Shown here: in pieces, positions 1 through 6,431 of the stretch | How positions within the stretch are numbered: the first letter of the stretch is position 1 | Layout: every line of letters starts with the position of its first letter | From: Halalkalibacterium halodurans | GTDB lineage: Bacteria; Bacillota; Bacilli; Bacillales; Bacillaceae_D | Length of the DNA: 6,934 nt | Assembly: GCF_004376175.1 (NCBI RefSeq) | Contig: NZ_SNUY01000094.1 | Span: 1-6,934 of the forward strand | Direction of reading: 5' to 3' | Position numbers and translations under genes: made by a program | Notes under the pieces: model-generated | Databases searched by the model: none | The model's input: only the letters and a program-made list of their open reading frames with translations | Told to the model about the DNA's origin: nothing

Positions 1-50
1 TTTCTGGAATTGGGTGTCTGGTAACCTCAATTATCTACAGAAATCAGGGG

Positions 51-2384
51 GTGGCAATTTTTTTGCTTATAAAGCCCTCTAATATAGGATTTAATAACCT
101 ATTTCTATATAAAGTTTTGACAATACGAAAACTAACAAAAGGGTTATTCTATGATTCCCAGAAGAAGGGGAATGACGTTATCCTTGCTTTGGATATTGAT
201 CGTCTGCTCGCACCTTACTATGAAGCAGCAAACCTCCCACCGAAGAAACGGAGCTACGGCGGCTGGGAAGAACGGGAGATACGCGGACACTCCCTTGGAC
301 ACTGGCTTTCGGCAGCTGCAGCAATGTATGAAACGACTGGAGATAAGGCGTTATTGGAGCGGATCGATCGTGCGGTTCAAGAGCTAGCCACTATCCAAGA
401 TGATGTGGGCTACGTGGGCGGAGTGAAACGCGCTCATTTTGACGAGATGTTTTCTGGAGAGTTTCAGGTAGGGCATTTTAACATTGCGGGTACATGGGTG
501 CCTTGGTACAACCTTCATAAGCTGTTTGCCGGTCTGATTGATGTGCATCAGCTAACCGGACATTCACTCGCCCTAACAGTTGTAACCAAACTTGCTGACT
601 GGGCAAAAAAAGGTACGGATCAGTTAACCGATGACCAGTTTCAGCGCATGTTGATTTGTGAACATGGTGGAATGAATGAAGCAATGGCCGATTTGTATAC
701 CCTTACAGGTCATAAGGATTACTTACAGCTCGCGATTCGCTTTTGCCATTGGGCGTTACTTGAGCCGCTCGCAAACGGTATAGATGAACTTGAAGGAAAG
801 CATGCGAATACGCAAATTCCGAAAGTAATAGGCGCTGCGAAATTGTTCGAGATTACAGGCGATGATACGTACCGAGCGATCGCTGAGTTTTTTTGGCGCC
901 AAGTCACAAACGATCGCTCCTACATCATAGGCGGCAATAGCAACAGTGAGCATTTTGGCCCGGCAAACAAGGAAACGCTAGGTGTGGAAACGGCCGAAAC
1001 GTGCAATACGTACAATATGTTAAAACTAACGGAGCATCTGTTTCGCTGGAATCGCAGCTCTCAATTAATGGATTACTATGAAAAGGCTCTTTACAATCAT
1101 ATCCTTGCCTCGCAAGATCCTGATACAGGGATGAAAACGTATTTTGTCTCGTTACAACCTGGTCATTTCAAAGTGTACAGTTCGTTAGAAGAATCGTTTT
1201 GGTGTTGCTTCGGAACAGGCTTAGAAAACCCAGCTCGGTATACGAGAACGATTTATGATCGGGATGATCGCCATATTTATGTGAATTTGTTTATGGCTTC
1301 TGAGATTCATTTAAAAGACTTACAAGTCCAAATTCGTCAGGAAACAAATTTTCCGGAAACGGATCGAACAAAGCTTACGTTTGTGAAAGCAGATGGTGTA
1401 CCGATAAAGCTCCATATTCGTGTTCCTGAATGGGTTGCAGGCCCTGTTACGGCTCGGATCAATGGAAAGGAAACCTTTTCTGAATCAGGGGCTGACTATT
1501 TAACAATCGAAAGAGAATGGCAAAAAGGGGACGAAATCGAAGTTCATTTGCCTATGGAACTCCGAATTTACGAAGCGAAGGATGATCCACATAAGGTTGG
1601 AATCATGTACGGGCCTATCGTGTTAGCAGGAACTTTCGGAAAGGATCATTTTCCAGAAACGGATATTGTCCCGAACCATTTAAGTTTACACAATCATCCG
1701 CTTATTGATGTTCCTACTCTTGTCGCTACGAAAAAAACGCCAGATCAATGGATTCATCCGGTGGAAGGAAGGCCACTTACGTTTCGCACGGCAGCTATCG
1801 GCCAACCAGGGAACGTGCAGATTACATTGATTCCTTTTTATGCTCTCCATCACGAGCGTTATACTGTTTATTGGAACTTGATGAGTGAGGTAGAATATGA
1901 AGCCTTTAAAGCGCGAAAAGAAGTAGAGAGTGATCGATTACAGGCACGTACAGTTGATGCGGTCCAGCCAGGTGAGCAACAGCCTGAAGTGGAACATCAA
2001 TTAAAAGCGAATCATTCGGAAACCGGTTATCTGAATATTATGCAAAAACGGTGGCGTGATAGTCGAGGGGAAGATGGCTTCTTCTCCTATGTGATGAAGG
2101 TAAAACCAAATCAACAGATGTCTCTTCTCGTGACGTATTACGGTGGGGATCATGGTCTTTTCGTTGATGGGAAGTGGTGCGATCGCAGCTTTCGCATTCT
2201 CATTGACGAAGAAGTGATAAAAGAAGAACAGCTGTTAGGGAAAAATCCAGGCGAGACGCTAGATGTTTACTATCCGATTCCACTTGCGCTAACGGAAGGA
2301 AAGGAAGAGGTAGTCGTTACGTTCGCTTCAAAAGAAGGAACGGTGGCGGGTGGTGTTTACGGCGTCCGTATGCTATGTGATTGA
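51..2384 (+). CDS. Glycoside hydrolase of the DUF1680 clan (GH127/GH146-type beta-L-arabinofuranosidase) with a C-terminal beta-sandwich-like extension
   Basis: A 777-aa ORF carries the hallmark motifs of the HypBA1-type fold. These are DRLLAPYYEAANL, GHSLGHWLSAAA, CEHGGMNEA, HANTQIPKVIGA, an E-x-C motif (ETAETCNTYNM, E316/C318 in ORF numbering) and a Cys-Cys pair (FWCCFGTGLENPARY, TGT TGC at 1203-1208). The last two match the Zn-binding/nucleophile cysteines of GH127. The stop codon is TGA at 2382-2384, and a strong terminator follows. The start codon is uncertain: candidates are GTG 51, TTG 63 and TTG 117. The reading frame is also open back to base 3. Confidence 0.88.
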   Translation: MAIFLLIKPSNIGFNNLFLYKVLTIRKLTKGLFYDSQKKGNDVILALDIDRLLAPYYEAANLPPKKRSYGGWEEREIRGHSLGHWLSAAAAMYETTGDKALLERIDRAVQELATIQDDVGYVGGVKRAHFDEMFSGEFQVGHFNIAGTWVPWYNLHKLFAGLIDVHQLTGHSLALTVVTKLADWAKKGTDQLTDDQFQRMLICEHGGMNEAMADLYTLTGHKDYLQLAIRFCHWALLEPLANGIDELEGKHANTQIPKVIGAAKLFEITGDDTYRAIAEFFWRQVTNDRSYIIGGNSNSEHFGPANKETLGVETAETCNTYNMLKLTEHLFRWNRSSQLMDYYEKALYNHILASQDPDTGMKTYFVSLQPGHFKVYSSLEESFWCCFGTGLENPARYTRTIYDRDDRHIYVNLFMASEIHLKDLQVQIRQETNFPETDRTKLTFVKADGVPIKLHIRVPEWVAGPVTARINGKETFSESGADYLTIEREWQKGDEIEVHLPMELRIYEAKDDPHKVGIMYGPIVLAGTFGKDHFPETDIVPNHLSLHNHPLIDVPTLVATKKTPDQWIHPVEGRPLTFRTAAIGQPGNVQITLIPFYALHHERYTVYWNLMSEVEYEAFKARKEVESDRLQARTVDAVQPGEQQPEVEHQLKANHSETGYLNIMQKRWRDSRGEDGFFSYVMKVKPNQQMSLLVTYYGGDHGLFVDGKWCDRSFRILIDEEVIKEEQLLGKNPGETLDVYYPIPLALTEGKEEVVVTFASKEGTVAGGVYGVRMLCD

Positions 2385-2413
2385 TGTTTATTAGGGTTTA
2401 ATATAAGTGAAAC

Positions 2414-2448
2414 AGAGTTGACTCAGTGACGAGTCAGCTCTTTTTGTT
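2414..2448 (+). terminator. Rho-independent terminator of the GH127-type gene
   Basis: An 11-bp stem pairs AGAGTTGACTC (2414-2424) with GAGTCAGCTCT (2431-2441) and includes one G-U pair. The loop is the 6-nt AGTGAC. The stem runs into TTTTTGTT, 30 nt after the stop codon. Confidence 0.85.
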
Positions 2449-2501
2449 AATGTTTATGTTAATTAAGTTGGAAAGGTTAATGAAAATAATCAGCGTAGGT
2501 A

Positions 2502-2530
2502 TTGCATAATCATAATGTTTCATATATTCT
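2502..2530 (+). promoter_or_regulatory. Candidate sigma-A promoter for the arabinanase gene
   Basis: TTGCAT (2502-2507) is followed by a 17-nt spacer and then TATTCT (2525-2530). This is the best -35/-10 pair I can find between the terminator and the CDS. The -10 matches the consensus at only 4 of 6 positions, and the region is AT-rich, so false positives are likely. Confidence 0.25.
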
Positions 2531-2541
2531 GATTATATTAA

Positions 2542-2571
2542 ATAAAAACATAAATTAATTGATGTTTTTAT
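2542..2571. repeat. Perfect 10-bp inverted repeat with a 10-bp spacer (operator or RNA-hairpin candidate)
   Basis: ATAAAAACAT (2542-2551) and ATGTTTTTAT (2562-2571) are exact reverse complements, separated by AAATTAATTG. The repeat lies downstream of the candidate promoter and upstream of the arabinanase RBS. Confidence 0.5.
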
Positions 2572-2633
2572 GAACCTTTTAGGGAGTGAGGTGGTGTTGA
2601 TACGCTTAGAAAAGGTTCAGTGATGTTTACTTT

Positions 2634-2647
2634 TGTAAGGGTTTTCA
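2634..2647 (+). promoter_or_regulatory. cre-like (CcpA/HPr-Ser-P) catabolite-responsive element candidate
   Basis: TGTAAGGGTTTTCA matches the Bacillus cre consensus TGWAANCGNTNWCA at 13 of 14 positions; the mismatch is G for the central C. It sits inside a 7-bp inverted repeat (CTTTTGT at 2630-2636 and ACAAAAG at 2647-2653). It lies about 25 nt upstream of the arabinanase ATG. Confidence 0.4.
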
Positions 2648-2672
2648 CAAAAGAATAGGAGGTCATTTGTGA

Positions 2673-5030
2673 ATGAAAAGAACAACCATGTATCGCTTGT
2701 TTATTGGATTTCTCCTTCTAGCTATCATGATTCCTACAGCGAGCTTAGCTCAATCAGGAGATCAAAAGGAGGCTCCTTCCTTTACGGAGGCGTCTGTTCA
2801 CGATCCTTCTGTTATTAAAGTAGAGGATACATTTTATGTATTCGGTTCCCATTTGGCTGCAGCTAAAACAGGGGATTTAAGGAACTGGACACAAATCGCA
2901 ACTCATGTTCATGAAGGTAATCCATTGATTCCGAACGTATTTGAGGAATTAGCCGAAGCGTTTGAATGGGCCAATAGCAATACCCTTTGGGCGGCAGATG
3001 TCATTCAATTAGAAGATGGGCGATTTTACATGTACTATAACGCTTGCCAAGGAGATGCGCCAAGGTCAGCACTTGGTGTCGCTGTAGCAGATGATATCGA
3101 AGGGCCATACGAAAACTTAGGGGTGTTTTTAAAGTCAGGGATGTGGGGAGAAGAAAGCCCAGATGGCACGATTTATGATGCCAATGTTCATCCGAACGCT
3201 ATCGATCCCCATGTATTCTTTGATGAAGAAGGAAAGCTCTGGATGGTGTATGGCTCATACTCTGGGGGAATTTTTATTTTAGAGATGGACCCTAATACAG
3301 GCTTTCCATTGCCTGGCCAAGGGTATGGCACTCATTTAATGGGAGGAAACCATAGCCGGATCGAAGCGCCCTACATTCACTACGACAAAGAAACTGAGTA
3401 TTATTACCTGTATGTCACATTCGGTGGGCTTGATTCAACCGGTGGCTATAACATGCGCGTAGCTCGCTCGAAGCAGCCGGATGGACCGTATGTGGATGGG
3501 GAAGGACATTTGATGAGCGAAGTAAGAGGAGCTCCGGGCACGCTTTTTGATGATGCCTCGATTGAGCCATATGGTGTGAAACAGATGGGGAACTTCTTAT
3601 TCAAGCGTGAGTTAGGAGAGCGAGGAACAGGGAGCGGAACAGGATATGTCTCTCCAGGGCATAACTCCGTTTACTACGATGATGAGGTAGACAAGATCTT
3701 TTTATTTTTCCATACACGCTTTCCTGAGCGTGGAGAAGTACATGAAATTCGCGTCCATCAAACGTTTATGAATCGGAAAGGTTGGCCGGTTATCGCTCCT
3801 TATCGCTATACAGGGGAGTCGCTTGAAAAGGTAAAAGCCAAAGAAGTTATCGGTGACTATCAATGGATCAATCACGGAAAAGAGATTTCAGCTGAGATAA
3901 AGGAGTCGGTCACAGTTCGATTAGAGAAAAATCGTAAGGTCTTAGGCGATGTGACTGGGAAGTGGAAAAAAGTCGGGGATTATCATGTGGAGCTACAGAT
4001 TGACGGAGAGACCTATTATGGTGTATTTCTCCGCCAATGGGATCCGGTAGCTGAACGTGAGGTCATGACATTTACTGCTCTTTCTGAAGAAGGGATTGCT
4101 ATTTGGGGGAGTCAGTTAGAGGAAAAAACGGATAACGAGATCGTGGATGCGGTGTATGATGATTTAACTTTAGAAGGAACGATAATAAGTGATGTCGAAC
4201 TGCCAACAAGAGGGATGCGGCAAACGACCATCGCTTGGTCGTCCTCTCATGAGGAGGTCCTTTCATCATCTGGTAAGGTGAATCGTCCTGAAATTGGGGA
4301 AGACGATGTGGTCGTGTCACTAACCGCTGCTATATCAAAAGGGAGTGCAGAGCGGATCAAAACGTTTGAGCTCGTTGTGCCTGGGCAAACGGAAGGCGGA
4401 TTAGTTGCTCACTATCCTCTAAATGGGACGTTAGAAAATGCAGTGGATGATGCTCGATTTGGTTCTGGCACAGTAACGGGAAATCGCATTGACAATCCAG
4501 GTGGAACGATTGCGTTTGAACAAGGGATAGACGGGGAGGCAGCTGTTTTTGACGGGACTACGGGCATCCGCCTACCAAATGGTCTCATATCAAGAAATAC
4601 GTACACCGTCTCATTTTGGCTCAATCCTGAACATCTGACGGAGTTTACGACCGCTTTCTTCGCAGCAAGGTCAGAACATCATTGGCTTAGCTTCGTACCA
4701 AGGGGCCACAGTGGGGTGAACCATGATACGATGCTTTGGGCCGGTAGCGCTCAATGGTATGACGCAGGAACGGGAGTAAAGTTACCGGTTGGCGAATGGA
4801 GCCATGTTGCTTTCTCGGTAGATAACGGAGAGATCGTCATCTATCTGAACGGCGAGGAACGGTTTAGAGGGGAGAACTTCCCGAATCTCTTTACAACACC
4901 AAATGCATACTTCGCTTTGGGGGTTAATCATTGGGACGCGCCTTTTCAAGGAATGATAGATGAGCTGCGCATTTATGATGGAGTAGCTTTAACGAGAGAG
5001 GAGATCGTACATCTAGCCAAGCAAAAATAA
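2673..5030 (+). CDS. abn2: Secreted multidomain GH43 endo-alpha-1,5-L-arabinanase (Abn2/YxiA-like catalytic and beta-barrel domains, plus an Ig-like domain and a LamG/concanavalin-like domain)
   Basis: The RBS AGGAGG (2657-2662) lies 10 nt before the ATG. The N-terminus MKRTTMYRLFIGFLLLAIMIPTASLA/QS is a Sec signal peptide. From memory, residues ~35-486 align almost colinearly with B. subtilis Abn2: SVHDPSV, FYVFGSHLA, NPLIPNV, TLWAADV, YYMYYNAC, AIDPHVFFD..GKLWMVYGSYSGGIFILEM, GGNHSRIEAPY, YYYLYVTFGGLD, GYVSPGHNS, HTRFP, VHQ.FMN..GWPV.APYRY. The catalytic triad equivalents are D44, D178 and E231. Residues ~488-570 (nt 4134-4382) carry the 'DL.LP...I.WSSS....S.G.V.RP......V.LTA.I' Ig-like module. 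Residues ~577-780 (nt 4401-5012) look like a LamG/Laminin_G_3 module (VSFWL, GEWSHVAFSVD, IYLNGE, IDELRIYD). Confidence 0.93.
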   Translation: MKRTTMYRLFIGFLLLAIMIPTASLAQSGDQKEAPSFTEASVHDPSVIKVEDTFYVFGSHLAAAKTGDLRNWTQIATHVHEGNPLIPNVFEELAEAFEWANSNTLWAADVIQLEDGRFYMYYNACQGDAPRSALGVAVADDIEGPYENLGVFLKSGMWGEESPDGTIYDANVHPNAIDPHVFFDEEGKLWMVYGSYSGGIFILEMDPNTGFPLPGQGYGTHLMGGNHSRIEAPYIHYDKETEYYYLYVTFGGLDSTGGYNMRVARSKQPDGPYVDGEGHLMSEVRGAPGTLFDDASIEPYGVKQMGNFLFKRELGERGTGSGTGYVSPGHNSVYYDDEVDKIFLFFHTRFPERGEVHEIRVHQTFMNRKGWPVIAPYRYTGESLEKVKAKEVIGDYQWINHGKEISAEIKESVTVRLEKNRKVLGDVTGKWKKVGDYHVELQIDGETYYGVFLRQWDPVAEREVMTFTALSEEGIAIWGSQLEEKTDNEIVDAVYDDLTLEGTIISDVELPTRGMRQTTIAWSSSHEEVLSSSGKVNRPEIGEDDVVVSLTAAISKGSAERIKTFELVVPGQTEGGLVAHYPLNGTLENAVDDARFGSGTVTGNRIDNPGGTIAFEQGIDGEAAVFDGTTGIRLPNGLISRNTYTVSFWLNPEHLTEFTTAFFAARSEHHWLSFVPRGHSGVNHDTMLWAGSAQWYDAGTGVKLPVGEWSHVAFSVDNGEIVIYLNGEERFRGENFPNLFTTPNAYFALGVNHWDAPFQGMIDELRIYDGVALTREEIVHLAKQK

Positions 5031-5037
5031 GAAAGTA

Positions 5038-5073
5038 GGCTCGCTATGACGAACGTTCGTAGCGGGTCTTTTT
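5038..5073 (+). terminator. Rho-independent terminator of the arabinanase gene
   Basis: An imperfect hairpin spans 5038-5068. CGCTA (5042-5046) pairs with TAGCG (5060-5064), an inner palindrome ACGAACGTTCGT lies within, and a G/C-rich base extension is present. TTTTT (5069-5073) follows directly, 8 nt after the TAA stop. Confidence 0.75.
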
Positions 5074-5329
5074 ACATTCAATTCACTTCAGTAAAGATTA
5101 AACGTAGAAGAAAAAACGGATTTTGGCGACAAGCTTTCTAAACATTTAAGAAGAGAATGCGATAGGCTTCTCTCATAAGAATTGGCGATTCTAGAAAAAC
5201 GAGTTTCTTCAAAGAAAGTTTAAAGTCAAATAAGAGGTTTCGTGATAATCTGCATTTCTTCCTAAAAAGGGTGATTTTTGTTGTAAAATGTTACTGACGC
5301 CATATAAAGTCATGCGGAAGACGGGAAAC

Positions 5330-5359
5330 TTTGTCCCGATATTGCTCCCTATTTTGTCC
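5330..5359. repeat. Two direct copies of TTTGTCC spaced 23 bp apart (candidate subterminal transposase-binding sites)
   Basis: TTTGTCC occurs at 5330-5336 and at 5353-5359. On the - strand this reads GGACAAAATAGGGAGCAATATC followed by GGGACAAAGTTTCCC. The repeats lie between the last transposon gene and the arabinanase terminator. Confidence 0.35.
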
Positions 5360-5395
5360 AAATGAAAGGGAAGCTTGGTTGTGCATCGCTTCCCT
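5358..5395 (-). terminator. Weak terminator-like hairpin after the transposon operon
   Basis: On the - strand, AGGGAAGC (5395-5388) pairs with GCTTCCCT (5374-5367) to give an 8-bp stem with a 13-nt loop. The tail is TTCATTTGG. The hairpin starts 6 nt after the TAA stop of the small ORF. The loop is large and the U-tract is interrupted. Confidence 0.4.
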
Positions 5396-5400
5396 ATTAA

Positions 5401-5634
5401 TTACATATAAACTTGGTATTCTTCGTTCTTTCTCAAATTAAGTCGTATGCCCTCATCACCGATGGTCACATACCACTGTCTATCGAATTCGAGCTGACAA
5501 GGAAGGAAGACTCCTTCATCAAAACGCATATAAAATCGGGTTCCCTCATACAGGAAGCGGCCATATTCCCCTTTTACCAAAAGCCAACACTTCATAAGCT
5601 TAGAATAGGCGATAAACCGACATTCCCACATCAA
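5401..5634 (-). CDS. Small hypothetical protein (76-77 aa) translationally coupled to the transposition ATPase
   Basis: The ORF starts at TTG 5634 or ATG 5631 and overlaps the ATPase stop codon (minus-strand sequence CTTGATG). A strong SD, GAAGGAGA (complement of 5641-5648), lies 7 nt before the TTG and 10 nt before the ATG. The ORF ends just before the hairpin. I recognise no family for it. The composition is rich in aromatic and charged residues, with no signal peptide or TM segment. Confidence 0.55.
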   Translation of the reverse strand: MMWECRFIAYSKLMKCWLLVKGEYGRFLYEGTRFYMRFDEGVFLPCQLEFDRQWYVTIGDEGIRLNLRKNEEYQVYM

Positions 5635-6431
5635 GATAGTTCTCCTTCTATCACCTGTTTCACCATATGATCATCGATAATCCTGCGCTTATTCTGTGCC
5701 CCGTATAAAAGACTATGGGTACACACTTTGTTAATCAGCCGGGCGGAACCACTAGAAAAATTATAAATACAATCTACTGCCCCATCCGAAAAAATCTCCT
5801 GCTTCGCACCGGAATAGGACAGATGGCGCTTCATGTATTCCTTTGTCTCTGAACGGTCGTAATGAACCAGCTTGCACTGTAAGTCAATTCGCTGGCGGAT
5901 CGCCGAATAAGACTGGAGCTTCAGGCGGTCCCAAAGTTCGTTTTGGCCGACCAGTATAAGGGCCATCGGGCTTTGAGCATCCATTTTAAAATTCAATAAG
6001 AACCGAACCTCTTCAAGCATTTCACGGTCCAGTAAATGGGCTTCATCCACTACTACAATCGGCTGAATACCATGGATTCCACGCATCAGTTCAATCTCTT
6101 TGTGGAGCTGCCTCTTCGCATCTCCTCGATAAAACTTAGATTCGCAGCCGAGCTGTTCAAGAACGCCTCTGTAAAAGTTCCTGGGCGTCAGCTTCGAATC
6201 GGAAATATATAAAAGCGAGAACTTGGAAGGATCCAGCCCATCCATAAACCGACGAATCGTGGTTGTTTTTCCTGTGCCGCAATCCCCTGTAACGACTCCA
6301 AATAGCTGGCGTTCCGCAGCGTATTCCAATCTGCCCAGTGTCTCTTCCAGCAGGTAGGAATTATATAGCTCTTCCGTTGGAATAGCCCGGGAAAAGGGTG
6401 TATGAGTTAATTCATAAAAAGCTTCAAACAT
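5631..6431 (-). CDS. AAA+ ATPase, ExeA/TniB/Tn552-p271-like transposition helper
   Basis: This is a 266-aa ORF. Walker A is GDCGTGKTT (aa 49-57) and Walker B is IVVVDEAHLL (aa 125-134). The N-terminal 'F.L...PF' lead-in is ExeA-like. SD GGAGG lies 9 nt before the ATG. The start overlaps the upstream transposase stop by 8 nt (ATGTTTGA). The size and the position downstream of a Mu-type DDE transposase are typical of TniB/TnsC-class partners. Confidence 0.85.
   Translation of the reverse strand: MFEAFYELTHTPFSRAIPTEELYNSYLLEETLGRLEYAAERQLFGVVTGDCGTGKTTTIRRFMDGLDPSKFSLLYISDSKLTPRNFYRGVLEQLGCESKFYRGDAKRQLHKEIELMRGIHGIQPIVVVDEAHLLDREMLEEVRFLLNFKMDAQSPMALILVGQNELWDRLKLQSYSAIRQRIDLQCKLVHYDRSETKEYMKRHLSYSGAKQEIFSDGAVDCIYNFSSGSARLINKVCTHSLLYGAQNKRRIIDDHMVKQVIEGELS

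Noticed and set aside
1-82. Possible 3' end of an upstream gene (frame 1 stops at 22-24; frame 2 stops at 80-82)
   Set aside because: At most 27 codons are visible and no motif is recognisable. It cannot be distinguished from non-coding sequence within this window.
151-387. 78-aa + strand ORF (MIPRRRGMTLS...) with a reasonable SD before its ATG
   Set aside because: It lies entirely inside the GH127-type gene in another frame. Its sequence is Arg/Cys/Trp-rich and low in complexity, typical of an off-frame artefact, while the overlapping frame carries clear family motifs. It is retained only as part of the start-codon ambiguity finding.
478-953. Three - strand ORFs (478..684, 719..907, 756..953) antisense to the GH127-type gene
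   Set aside because: They are nested antisense ORFs with no SD and no recognisable motifs. Mirror-frame ORFs like these are expected inside a long CDS.
2445-2482. Three GTTAAT(G) copies and a TTAATTAA palindrome just after the first terminator
   Set aside because: These are very AT-rich short words with irregular spacing, and they partly overlap the TRATGTTT motif already reported. There is not enough evidence for a separate site.
4099-4624. Two - strand ORFs (4099..4320, 4412..4624) antisense to the arabinanase gene
   Set aside because: They are antisense artefacts for the same reason as above. The sense frame has continuous domain homology across both intervals.
5074-5120. Resemblance of ACATTCAATTCACTTCAG...GAAGAAAAAACGG to the phage Mu attL L1 site (TGTATTGATTCACTTGAAGTACGAAAAAAACC)
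   Set aside because: Only an 8-mer (ATTCACTT) and an A-run are shared, about 12 of 22 positions in the best alignment. There is no terminal TG in register. The similarity comes from memory-based comparison and is likely chance.
5413-5670. 85-aa + strand ORF overlapping the small transposon ORF and the ATPase 3' end
   Set aside because: It has a non-ATG start without an SD and runs antisense into a well-supported CDS. The - strand ORF has a strong SD, stop/start coupling and a downstream hairpin, so the - strand reading is preferred.
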